DNA of 63,983 nt, filler included, from Thraustochytrium aureum (lineage: Eukaryota), in assembly GCA_012862495.1 (NCBI GenBank). It is 6 parts of 4 records of this genome, joined end to end, with 100 filler letters (N's around TTAATTAATTAA, not from the genome) between each part and the next. Parts side by side here need not be neighbours in the genome. Positions count along the whole stretch, not along the records: positions 1 to 24,202 come from BLSG01000096.1; 5 more parts are not named here. One strand, 5' to 3'. Below are positions 1-10,665 of the stretch, one piece after another; within the stretch, counting starts at the first letter, position 1; the number at the start of each line of letters is the position of its first letter. Both the position numbers and the translations under genes were made by a program. The notes below the pieces were generated by a model that did no database searches, was not told the origin of the DNA, and saw only the letters and a program-made list of their open reading frames with translations.

Positions 1-499
1 GCCGCCCAGGACCTCGGTGTCTGCCACGTCAATCACCCATACTCTACCTCCTGAACGACAACGAGTTGGAAGGTCAACCAAGGTGATTTCAAAAGCTCTA
101 GCGGACTCATCGCTCACCAAACCGCCCAATCTCATACCCCGTTTCGCAGATGGATACAGTGTTAAGGCTTTTTTAATTAAAATGTAAGGTGCTTTGGATA
201 CACCGTGTCTGGTAGGTATTCGAGTGGAGTTGCCGAGAGCTCCCGGAAGTGTCCGGGAGTCGTGCCAAATGCGCCGGGAGGCCCTCCCGGAACAAGATCT
301 CCCGACGAGATGAGATGGCTTGCCTCGGGCGTTGTTGAGGAATCCATCCATCCATGATGATCCTTCACGCGGCTGTGCTACTGACCGGGGAGCGGAGCGC
401 GATTGGTTCGCTGGTTGGTCGCGCCACCGCTTCGTGCGTGGAGGTACCGCGAGGTTGTGTGCTTGGGTTTCCGGGCGTTGTTCGAGCGACAGTGTAGGG

Positions 500-1307
500 A
501 TGCCGCGCGTGCTTGCTTCACGGGTTGTGGTTGTGGCTGTGGCGGCGGCGCTCGGCGCGGCTGGACAAAACCTGCCGCTTCCTCCGCTGCCCTACGAGTA
601 CGATGCGCTGGAGCCGCTGATCGACGAAGCGACGATGAAGCTGCATCACCTCGGACACCACCAAGCGTACACGACCAAGCTGAACGCGGCGCTTAGCGAG
701 CTGCGCGCCGACCCTGACCACAAGCACCTGGCGAAACTAGGCGTCGACAAGCTTCTCAGTAAGTTGAAGTGGATGCGTGCGCGCACGTGGCTGTGCCGGC
801 TGGCCCGCCAGCGCTCCTTCTGACGCCATGCGCCTGCCTGTCTTTGCAGAGTCTTTGGACGATGTGCCGCCCAAGCTACGAGGCACAGTGCGAAACAACG
901 GCGGGGGCTACGTCAACCACGAGGTGTTCTGGAACTCGATGCGCCCTGCGACAGAATCGAACGCCCCTGAGGCTCGGTCTGCAATCGAACAAGAGATCAT
1001 CAAGGCCTTCGGCTCGGTCGAGGCTTGGAAAACCGTCTTTACCGAGGCGGCCCTCGGTGTGTTCGGGTCTGGCTGGGCCTGGCTCACCTTTGACGGCGCC
1101 AAGGTGGCCGTCGTGACCACTCCCAACCAGGACACGCCAGAGCACCCGCCGCTCCTGGGCTTGGACGTCTGGGAGCACGCCTACTACCTCAAGTACCAAA
1201 ACCGCCGCACCGAGTACGTTGAGGGCTGGTTCAAGCTCATCGACTGGGCGCAGGCCGAGGCCCGCCTCTTGAGCCTCCGCAACGGAGCAGCCAAGGACGA
1301 GTTGTGA
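500..1307 (+). CDS. Fe/Mn superoxide dismutase (Mn-type signature) with signal peptide and C-terminal KDEL; two exons, 500-758 and 850-1307
   Basis: Motifs [44 protein letters not shown] and DVWEHAYY, so all four metal ligands are present. The intron 759-849 (GTAAGT...TTTGCAG) splices in frame to give DKLL-K-SLDD. N-terminus [22 protein letters not shown]; ends AKDEL-stop. Confidence 0.95.
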
Positions 1308-2130
1308 CGGTCCGAGAAACGGAGCGAATTGCCATGTTGTTGTGGCACTGCGGCAAGACTCGCGTCCCTCGCGAGCATCACATCAGCTCATCGTCTGCGC
1401 AACGGGGGCGTAGCGACCATCTCCCGTCGCACGCTGGCCAAGGAGGGCCTCCCTTGCTTCGGCAGGACAACGAAGGCAAACTAAGCCCCAAGGGGAAGCA
1501 AGGCCCTGACGATTTCAGCTTGATTTTCTACCTTTCGAGTTGCGCGACGAAATGTCCCGCTGCTCGTAGATTTGCTTGATAGCGCCTGTTCTCCAACAGC
1601 GCACTGTGCAACGCAGCGAGCGCGGGCCCATCCGCGGGCGCACCGGCATGCTCAACGCTGCGCAGCGTTGCCAGCCGTCAACATCCACTACGGATGGCGG
1701 GCTGTTGGCGTTGGAGCTGTTCTCGTCGGCGCCAATTACAGCCAACAATTCCACGCCCGCTGAAGGCCGGCCATGCAACTTGGCAGAATCGACGCGACCG
1801 CAGCACCAGCACCAGCGCCAGGAGGAGCCATGGCACGAGTGGCTCTTCTGGGCTGCACGAGGACGCTTTCTCAGCATCACAGCTCAGCAAGTTTCTCTCC
1901 TCGAGCTTGCCAGTATGGCCCAGCGAAGAGTAAGTACCATTGGGATTCGCGGACAACAACAACTCGACGTCCATCTCCCCAGCAATCGGTTTGTTTACGC
2001 ATGAAGGAGACCCTGGAGCTTCGCCTTTCGCCATCCAGTCGTCCGTGCGCTAGCGCTGCAGGGCCAAGTCTGTCTAGCGCAATGCCCGCGCCGTCCAGCA
2101 GGCTGTTGCAGAGAGCGCCGAGCTCAGGTC

Positions 2131-2165
2131 GATTGATTGACCAAGATTGATTGATTGATTGATCG
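2131..2165. repeat. (GATT)n microsatellite
   Basis: gattgattga ccaa gattgattgattgattgat. Confidence 0.8.
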
Positions 2166-2611
2166 AGGAAGGCAAGCGCACAGCGGCAGCTCCACACCGC
2201 CAGCGCGGAGGATTGATTGGAGGGTAGTATTTCGAAGCTCTTTCGTGTACTGATCTGTTCAATCAAAATCTGAGCTGATTGACGCATTGGCAGAGCGCGA
2301 TCGGCGGAGGCGTTGGAGGAAGAGCGCAACAGCCGGCGCCCGTTGGGCTGTGCTGCTGCTTGCGTTGTCGCGGCTGCTCTGCTGCTGCTGCTGTCGACAT
2401 CGTCGCTGTCGTTTTGATTCTGGGCCGCTTCGAGGCACGGGCTTTTTGGGAGACTCCGTCGCATTGGTTGCGCTCGCGCAACGTCGGCGCGCTGAGCCGA
2501 GGTTTGGCGTGCTTGGCGACTGCCGCACTCGGCTTTGTGCGCGTGAGACGGTCTGCTGTCGTGTCCTGTTCGCGTCGGTATCGCCCTGGCGGCGGGGACG
2601 GGCAGCCTGCG

Positions 2612-4117
2612 ATGTCCATCGAGGGCTGGCCGGCATNNNNNNNNNNNNNNNNNNNNNNNNNNNNNNNNNNNNNNNNNNNNNNNNNNNNNNNNNNNNNNNN
2701 NNNNNNNNNNNNNNNNNNNNNNNNNNNNNNNNNNNNNNNNNNNNNNNNNNNNNNNNNNNNNNNNNNNNNNNNNNNNNNNNNNNNNNNNNNNNNNNNNNNN
2801 NNNNNNNNNNNNNNNNNNNNNNNNNNNNNNNNNNNNNNNNNNNNNNNNNNNNNNNNNNNNNNNNNNNNNNNNNNNNNNNAACCGAGCGGGCTGGCAGAGC
2901 TCTTCTTTTGCGAAAGCTGCTCCAAGGTGCTGACTCGGCACCCACGCGATGTGCTGGACGAGATCGACAGCTACTACTGTCCGCAGAGTCTGGACAACCT
3001 GCCCTCGAGCGAGGCTGCGCAGTACAAGAACAAGTCCGCCAGAGTTTTCGAGTGCCCCGTGTGCAGCAACCTGCTCAGCACCCATGGCGGCACCGCCGCA
3101 ACCGTGGCTGCAGCACTAGGCACCGCTGCCGGCGAGGAGCCTGACGCGCCGCGGTTCTACTTTTCTGCCAGCATTGCCGCTGGGACTCGCTCGAGCTTGG
3201 TCTCGTTGGCGGGTCGCCCGACACCCCTAGGAGCCAGTGCGCTGGAGGCAGAGTCCGCCCGCGCAGGGCCGGGCAAGGCGCTCATCATCGCCCTCGTAGA
3301 GCACTTTCAGGGGGTAGAAGAGCACGCTGCGCACGTGGCGAGGCGAGAGCGAGAGAACCGCCGCAAATCAGCTGCAAGCTTTGCTGACTCGGCCGAGCCG
3401 CCCCCCCGCGTGCAAGAGCCGCTGGACGCGAACGAGCTTTGGCGCTGGAAAGAGTGCGACGCAGCCTGCAAACTGCGGGAGGCTCGCGACCTCCAAGTCG
3501 AGCTTCTCGAGCCGAGCGCAAACGTCGCCCAAGCGCTTGAAAGTCTAGCTGGTGCAGCCGACAGCCAAGGCAGCAAAGCGCTGCCGGAACGCGTCGCGCT
3601 TCGGACGAAGCGGTCTGTGCGCTGCCGCGCCTGCGTGCTGACCAACTCGGCCAACATCGTACTGAAACCGCAGATCAATCCGCTCAAGGGGGACAGCTCG
3701 ATGCGTACCAACGTCGGGGCGTGGTTTAAGAAAAAGTCTCTTGCCTACGACCTCTTGCCGCGCTGCTCGGCCCGCCGCCTCGACGATGGCCGCCTCGTGC
3801 TGGCGTTCACCAACCCCCGCGACGCAGACTTGGAGATTGCGCTGGGCCAGGGGCCGTGGATGAAAGTCGACGCTTACGACGAGATCGAGGAGATCGACAT
3901 GTTTAGCTCGAAGAGGGCGCCGCGTGGTTTGGGTCCGGTCGCGGGTCAAGACCCGCCCTGCCTTCTCTCTCGGCTTGGCAACAAGGTCCTCGTCGAGCTA
4001 AGCGGCGTCAGCGAGTTGCCCGTGGAGATCGAGCTGCGCTTTCGCGTGGCGGCCTCTGCAGAGTGTGGCGAGGAAGCCGCACCTGTTTCTGTCGGCCTCG
4101 TAGTCTCTGCGCCCTGA
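2612..4117 (+). CDS. DCTN4: Dynactin subunit 4 (p62); start uncertain because of gap 2637-2879; compensating indels about 3161-3230
   Basis: ELFFCESC, EIDSYYCPQSLDNLPSSEA, FECPVCSNLLS, LRTKRSVRCRAC and LKPQINP match p62 motifs. The expected CQHCRWDS motif lies in an alternative frame at about 3163-3200. Confidence 0.9.
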   Translation: MSIEGWPAXXXXXXXXXXXXXXXXXXXXXXXXXXXXXXXXXXXXXXXXXXXXXXXXXXXXXXXXXXXXXXXXXXXXXXXXXXXXXXXXXXPSGLAELFFCESCSKVLTRHPRDVLDEIDSYYCPQSLDNLPSSEAAQYKNKSARVFECPVCSNLLSTHGGTAATVAAALGTAAGEEPDAPRFYFSASIAAGTRSSLVSLAGRPTPLGASALEAESARAGPGKALIIALVEHFQGVEEHAAHVARRERENRRKSAASFADSAEPPPRVQEPLDANELWRWKECDAACKLREARDLQVELLEPSANVAQALESLAGAADSQGSKALPERVALRTKRSVRCRACVLTNSANIVLKPQINPLKGDSSMRTNVGAWFKKKSLAYDLLPRCSARRLDDGRLVLAFTNPRDADLEIALGQGPWMKVDAYDEIEEIDMFSSKRAPRGLGPVAGQDPPCLLSRLGNKVLVELSGVSELPVEIELRFRVAASAECGEEAAPVSVGLVVSAP

Positions 4118-5009
4118 CCGCGCCGCACTAAAATCGCATTCCTGTCTCGAGCTCGAGCCAGTTCAACTGACTTTTGAAGCCTTACCCGATGGCAAGCTGC
4201 AATCCCACGAGAAAGTTCGGCAATGCCATTTCGTCCATCCTGTTGCTCTTGTGGCGCGTGCAGCGTAGGTCGTATCTCACCAACGATGGATGACCTTCAG
4301 CATGGCCTCCTGGCTCTCCCTCGGCTAAACCCGTACGCGGAGGCTGGGACGCGCGCTGTCCTGCGTCCATGCGTGTCGCTTCAACGACGCCCACACCACG
4401 GCGAGCTTCAACGAAAAGCAAAAACATCAAACATGCAGTTGGCATGTCGCGCTCTCTCGCAAGGCTTTCCAGCCCTCCGTGAGCGAGACCCCTGGTGACG
4501 GGGGGGTGCTCGCAGGCTTCGTCCGAGTTTCTTCGTCAAGACGTTGCTTGGTCCTCGAACGCGCACGAGTTTGTCACGGACGCTTCGAGCCAACATCGGA
4601 AGGCTATCCATCACTCGCCAAGCTCTTCGCCATCGTCAGATGTTCGGTCGTGATCCCGTTTCCTGCGGCACCGGCCTGTGGTCCCTTCCGCAGGCGGCTC
4701 CTGTCGCGCGCAGGTCACGAGAGAAGGAACGCCGTGGACGACCTGTGAATCTATCTAATCTGCCTCTCCAAAGCAACCAACGACGGCTCGACAGGAAGCC
4801 CAGCACCCCAGCCGGCGGGCCTCGGAAGCGAGCGCCAACAGCCCCAACCGCAGCGATGAACGCGCTGCGGGCCACGACAACAAGATAGAAGCCTCGCGGC
4901 GACCTCGATCCATTTTTGTGTCCAAGCGGCCTCTCACCAGCGGCAGCAGAGCAGCAACCGGGCAGCGGTTTGGCGACAGGCGCACGTGTGCGGCCGCCGC
5001 CGACGCTCG

Positions 5010-5034
5010 CTGGCTGGCTGGCTGGCTGGCTGGC
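5010..5034. repeat. (GCTG)n microsatellite directly upstream of the FAHD1 ATG
   Basis: ctggctggctggctggctggctggc followed by ATG at 5035. Confidence 0.85.
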
Positions 5035-6005
5035 ATGGAGTCTCTCTTGCACGCACGCGCACCGTGGTGTGCGTGGGGCGCAACTACGCTGCGCACGCCG
5101 CCGAGCTGAGCAACGCCGTGCCGAAGGAGCCCTTNNNNNNNNNNNNNNNNNNNNNNNNNNNNNNNNNNNNNNNNNNNNNNNNNNNNNNNNNNNNNNNNNN
5201 NNNNNNNNNNNNNNNNNNNNNNNNNNNNNNNNNNNNNNNNNNNNNNNNNNNNNNNNNNNNNNNNNNNNNNNNNNNNNNNNNNNNNNNNNNNNNNNNNNNN
5301 NNNNNNNNNNNNNNNNNNNNNNNNNNNNNNNNNNNNNNNNNNNNNNNNNNNNNNNNNNNNNNNNNNNNNNNNNNNNNNNNNNNNNNNNNNNNNNNNNNNN
5401 NNNNNNNNNNNNNNNNNNNNNNNNNNNNNNNNNNNNNNNNNNNNNNNNNNNNNNNNNNNNNNNNNNNNNNNNNNNNNNNNNNNNNNNNNNNNNNNNNNNN
5501 NNNNNNNNNNNNNNNNNNNNNNNNNNNNNNNNNNNNNNNNNNNNNNNNNNNNNNNNNNNNNNNNNNNNNNNNNNNNNNNNNNNNNNNNNNNNNNNNNNNN
5601 NNNNNNNNNNNNNNNNNNNNNNNNNNNNNNNNNNNNNNNNNNNNNNNNNNNNNNNNNNNNNNNNNNNNNNNNNNNNNNNNNNNNNNNNNNNNNNNNNNNN
5701 NNNNNNNNNNNNNNNNNNNNNNNNNNNNNNNNNNNNNNNNNNNNNNNNNNNNNNNNNNNNNNNNNNNNNNNNNNNNNNNNNNNNNNNNNNNNNNNNNNNN
5801 NNNNNNNNNNNNNNNNNNNNNNNNNNNNNNNNNNNNNNNNNNNNNNNNNNNNNNNNNNNNNNNNNNNNNNNNNNNNNNTGTCATCCTCACTGGAACGCCG
5901 GCTGGAGTTGGGGAAATGCGACCTGGTGACAAGGTCAAGTGCTGGATTGAGGGCTTGGACAGTCCCGCGCTCGAGCTCGGCGTGGTGCAGCGCAGCGGGA
6001 TCTGA
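5035..6005 (+). CDS. FAHD1: Fumarylacetoacetate hydrolase-domain protein (FAHD1/acylpyruvase-like); centre lies in a gap
   Basis: VVCVGRNYAAHAAELSNAVPKEP before the gap and VILTGTPAGVGEMRPGDKVKCWIEG after it. ATG 5035 needs a 1-nt correction to join the frame. Confidence 0.88.
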
Positions 6006-6060
6006 GATCCTCGCCAGCCAAGGAAACGCGATCGCGCAGCGCTGGACTGCCAGCCGGCGG

Positions 6061-6095
6061 GGAGAAAGAAAGAGAGAGAGAGAGACAGAGAGAGG
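6061..6095. repeat. (AG)n-rich tract
   Basis: ggagaaagaaagagagagagagagacagagagagg. Confidence 0.75.
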
Positions 6096-6255
6096 GACCC
6101 AGATAGAGGAACAAACAAAAGGTCAGGCTTCGGCTCGGCACCCTCTGCGACGGCGCTTTAGGTGGTTGTCTTTTGGCAGGGTCTAGCGGCCGGCCGACGC
6201 GCTCGCCGACGCCAACAGGTAGTTGGTTGGCCCAAAGCAACAACTGCGACCCGGT

Positions 6256-9200
6256 TCACTTGTGCAGCGGCTTGGTCACGATCTTGCGGACGCGGCGCAG
6301 CTTGGCCGCCACCGTGGCGCGCACAGCACGCTCAAGCTGGTCCTTCGCCCAGTACGCGCTGGCATGGTCCTCAAAGCGCAAGGAGAGGTGCCACGAGTCT
6401 ATGCTTCGCAAGTCGCTCGACGCGTCAGTTTGCCGATGGCGCTCCTCCGAGTTGCTTGGCCACTGCCAAGGCTCTTGAAAGCGACCCGCACTCCCAAAGG
6501 CCACGCCGTCGGCCACTGCTCTTGCTTCGCTTTGGCGCAGAGCCTCTGCGGGCGCAAGGTTTTGCACGTCAGCCTTCGCAGAAAGCGATGCGCTGTTGGA
6601 AGCCAATGGCGCAAGCTGCCGATGCGCCCAGCCAACTGGCTGCGAGGCCGGAGCCCGAACCACGACGTGCATGACCAAGTCGTCGTTATGGTGCTGCGCA
6701 AACGTCACGCGATGCAGCGCAGCAACGGCTCGCGTGGTGCCCTTGCCTGTCGCCTGCTTGTCTGGCTCGACAAGCAACAGCGAGCCACCCGCAAAGACGA
6801 GAAAAGCAGGCTGGATGGCAGAGGACGCGCCACGCGCGCTCAGAACCGACGTCTTGATAAAGTCGCACTTGCGCAGGTCAATGCGCTGGTTCTCACGGTG
6901 TGCGGTGACCGAGGACGCCACGGTGGCAAGCAGCGAGTTGCTCTTGCGATTCACCGTTGTCCAGAGCAGCCGCAAGATCATGAAAGAGCGGATCGCACAG
7001 CGCGCGTCCTCCAAAACGAAAAGGCTAGCCTCGAGTCCAGCGGCAGGGCACNNNNNNNNNNNNNNNNNNNNNNNNNNNNNNNNNNNNNNNNNNNNNNNNN
7101 NNNNNNNNNNNNNNNNNNNNNNNNNNNNNNNNNNNNNNNNNNNNNNNNNNNNNNNNNNNNNNNNNNNNNNNNNNNNNNNNNNNNNNNNNNNNNNNNNNNN
7201 NNNNNNNNNNNNNNNNNNNNNNNNNNNNNNNNNNNNNNNNNNNNNNNNNNNNNNNNNNNNNNNNNNNNNNNNNNNNNNNNNNNNNNNNNNNNNNNNNNNN
7301 NNNNNNNNNNNNNNNNNNNNNNNNNNNNNNNNNNNNNNNNNNNNNNNNNNNNNNNNNNNNNNNNNNNNNNNNNNNNNNNNNNNNNNNNNNNNNNNNNNNN
7401 NNNNNNNNNNNNNNNNNNNNNNNNNNNNNNNNNNNNGGCTCGGCCTCGTCGAGGGCGAGCTCAATGACGAGCTTGGCCGCCACGCGCTGCGTCAGCGTGC
7501 TCGGCGCCGGGTCGCGCAGGAGGAGGTCCAGAAGAGCATCGACGACGTGCTCGGCGTACTGAGGTGCGGCAGTATCGTCATCACCGCTTCCATCGACGAG
7601 CCCCTCAGCTGGCTCGGCGAGTTCGCTCTCGATCTCGGCAGGTGGGCGGCTCTGGTTTGGTGCGGTGCTGGCGTTGGCGTCTTTGCCGTTTCGCTCTCCG
7701 CTCTCCGTGCCGAGGACCGATTGCGCTGCTTCAGAAGGCCAAGCAGGGGGCAAGCTGGAGGCAAAGCAGAAGGCGAAGCAGGAGGCGAAGGAGAGCCGTC
7801 GCTCGTGCTGTCCTGCCCAACCGGGCCAACCAAGTGTGCGGCGCTCACGCCGCCGGCCGGGCTGCTGGGCGCGCGCCTGCCGACAGAGCTGACGGTATCA
7901 GGCGTCGTTGAGCGCGACGTACCCGGGCTTTCCGAAGCGCGCCGTCTCGGCATGAGACCGGTCTGCGCGATCAGGTCTTGGTCAATGTTTGCGTTGTTGA
8001 GGAAAGCAAAGATGGCGCACGCCGCGCCAAGACAATGGCGCTCGTCCGGGTGACGCAAGAAGGACAAGAACGACGCGTGGATTGGGCTGCCATCCGCCTC
8101 GCTCGGTGCCAAATGAGAGTGGCGCCGGCGGAAACCGCCGCCGTCGTCAGTCTCCCGGGAGCGGTCCGCGGCGCCAACCATGCTGCAGGCCCCGTCGGTG
8201 TCGTCAGTCTCCTCGTTGTCGTTGTCGTTGTCGTTGTCATTCTCGATCTCGTCAGCGTCCACCGCGGTCGAGTCGGGAATCGGCGAGCAACCGCTGGCGC
8301 CTGGCGCAGGCGCCGCGCGCGTTCCTGGCTCCGGGCGTCTCGGAGCTGGAAGGAAATGGCCTCCACGAGGCGGTTGAGCATTTTGGGGTTGGTAAACCAA
8401 AAGAACGCATGCGAGAGCATGAAGAGGCTGAGCAGGGACCCGGCAGCGGCCGCGCTGCTGGCCTCGGCATCCTCAACTTGGTTCTTGGACAGGCCTGCCT
8501 GCTTGAAGTCCTTCTCGCTGAGGTCGTCCAGCTCGGCGAAGGGCATGGGCTGCGGCATGAGGCTCGCAATGAGAAGCGGGAGAAACGGTAGGCCATCGTG
8601 CTGTCGACGACGACGTCCTCGAGGCCTGGGACGTTGAGGCCCAGGATGTCTTGCAGATAGAAAAAGTTGTCTTGCTGCTCTGTGAGTGCCACCTCGAGCC
8701 TCAGCAGCAGCTGCCTGAGCTCGCGCTGCGAGTCCCACGCCTTTGCGTCCTGAGCACCGGCATGGATCGCGCTGCGCAAAAGCAGCAAGTGCAGGCGTCG
8801 GCACCTGCGGTGAACAAACCGCACGACCTGTTCGATGTACTGCGCAGCTGGCCCTCGCAGTAGCCAGTCGAACATCAACTCGTCCTGCACGCGGAACACG
8901 TTGAGGGTGATGGTGCGGACAGCCGTGCGCACCATGCCTTCGCTGTGATCGAAAAACTTGATCGCCTCTTCGAAAAGCGGAAAGGTCTGCAGGCTGTCGT
9001 TGAAGAAGAACTGAATCGTCTTCGAGTTGAGCTTCAATGAGAGCGTCTTGAGGAACGAGATGTAGTGGCCGAGCAGCTCCTCGTTTCCGAAATTGAACGG
9101 GTGTGCGATGAGCCGGTTGACGTGGTTGTTCGACAATGTATAGTACAGGCTGGTCTCGCTGCGGATGTTTTGCACGAGAATGCTCACCGACTGAATAACC

Positions 9201-9596
9201 TGGACTTTGAGCTGCGGCCCGCATGGTGCCTGGTCAAGCAGGCCCAGGAGGAGAGGAAACATATTCTTCTCGCAAAAGTAGTCGAACAGCTGCTCGGTGT
9301 GCTGGTCGCCGTACACGATCACCTCGGCGATAGCTCGCACCGTCTCCACGAGCGTTTCCTGGTTGTGCGCCGTGACATCCTGGTGCTTGGCTAGCGTCGT
9401 GTATCTGCGCTCGGGCCCTCAAGTCAGCCTCGGCCGCGTCTCGGGCCTCGTGGCTGCGCGCACGCGCACCAGCGCAGCATCCTCCAACTTACAGTTCCTC
9501 CAGCGTCTTGAGCGTGTACGTGTCGCCTCCGGCGCTTTGCGCGCTGCTGGCCGCCGCGGTTGCCGAGGAGGCAGCCGAGCCAAACCAGCTCAACAT
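6256..9596 (-). CDS. CLEC16A: CLEC16A / TT9 / GOP-1 family (FPL domain) protein; intron 9405-9492, gap 7052-7436, several frameshifts
   Basis: VETVRAIAEVIVYGDQH, FDYFCEKNM, SLYYTLSNNHVN, YISFLKTLSLKLN, FPLFEEAIKFFDHSEGMVRTAVRTITLNVFRV. Exon 1 (MLSWFG...TLEEL) joins through GTAAGT...GCAG to YTTLAKHQ. Confidence 0.92.
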
Positions 9597-10241
9597 CGGT
9601 CGCTCGCTGTCGTCCGAGGCCAGGCCCGCCAGCTGCGGCCGCCGTCCGCAGGCCGTCCGCCAGTGCAGGCCCCGCTGCGCGCGTCCGAGTTGGATGAACG
9701 ACGGCGCTGCCCTCTGGTCCCGCGAGGCGCGCGTGGTTGGGCTCCTGCACTGAGGGAATGAATGCGAGGAAGTAGGTTTACAGGTAAGGAGCTTGTCGGT
9801 GCCGCTCCAGGCCGCGATGTGCAGCAGCCTCTCCCCGGGCTCGCTCGGCACGCAGGGCAGCTGCGCTGCGCCGCCTCGCAGGGGGCGCTCGGTGCTTGCC
9901 CTGCGCTTGCTCTACCTGGAGCTGGGGCCGCAGCGGGCGGAGCGGAGCGGCGGCGGCGGCCTGAACACCAACGACGCGAGGAGCTTGTTCCTCCACGTTG
10001 CTGCGGCCTTGCTCTGGGCTTGTTGACGAGGGCGGCGCGGTCGGCAGGCCGCGCAGGGCTGGGCAGGGCTGGGCAGGGCAGGAGGAAGAAGCAACTCGGT
10101 CGCGAATCGCGATTGCACTGGCAGAGGCATGTCTCGTGTTCTTCTTCTTCGCACTTGGGCACGCCTTTTCCGTCCCATGGTCCAGCTGCGACAGCGCTCG
10201 TGCAAGTTGGCAGGCCTTTGGGCGTCTGAGCAAGAGGACAA

Positions 10242-10266
10242 GCAGCAGCAGCAGCAGCAGCAGCAG
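10242..10266. repeat. (CAG)n microsatellite next to a gap
   Basis: gcagcagcagcagcagcagcagcag. Confidence 0.85.
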
Positions 10267-10665
10267 ACAACNNNNNNNNNNNNNNNNNNNNNNNNNNNNN
10301 NNNNNNNNNNNNNNNNNNNNNNNNNNNNNNNNNNNNNNNNNNNNNNNNNNNNNNNNNNNNNNNNNNNNNNNNNNNNNNNNNNNNNNNNNNNNNNNNNNNN
10401 NNNNNNNNNNNNNNNNNNNNNNNNNNNNNNNNNNNNNNNNNNNNNNNNNNNNNNNNNNNNNNNNNNNNNNNNNNNNNNNNNNNNNNNNNNNNNNNNNNNN
10501 NNNNNNNNNNNNNNNNNNNNNNNNNNNNNNNNNNNNNNNNNNNNNNNNNNNNNNNNNNNNNNNNNNNNNNNNNNNNNNNNNNNNNNNNNNNNNNNNNNNN
10601 NNNNNNNNNNNNNNNNNNNNNNNNNNNNNNNNNNNNNNNNNNNNNNNNNNNNNNNNNNNNNNNNN

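Noticed and set aside
1..135. Open minus-strand frame MRLGGLVSDESARAFEITLVDLP... running off the window edge
   Set aside because: Only 45 codons are visible and no motif is recognised.
1304..2260. Overlapping ORFs between SOD and DCTN4
   Set aside because: No recognisable motifs or consistent codon bias; a small gene cannot be excluded.
4180..4915. Minus-strand ORFs between DCTN4 and FAHD1
   Set aside because: Fragmentary, with no family motif; I could not build a supported gene model.
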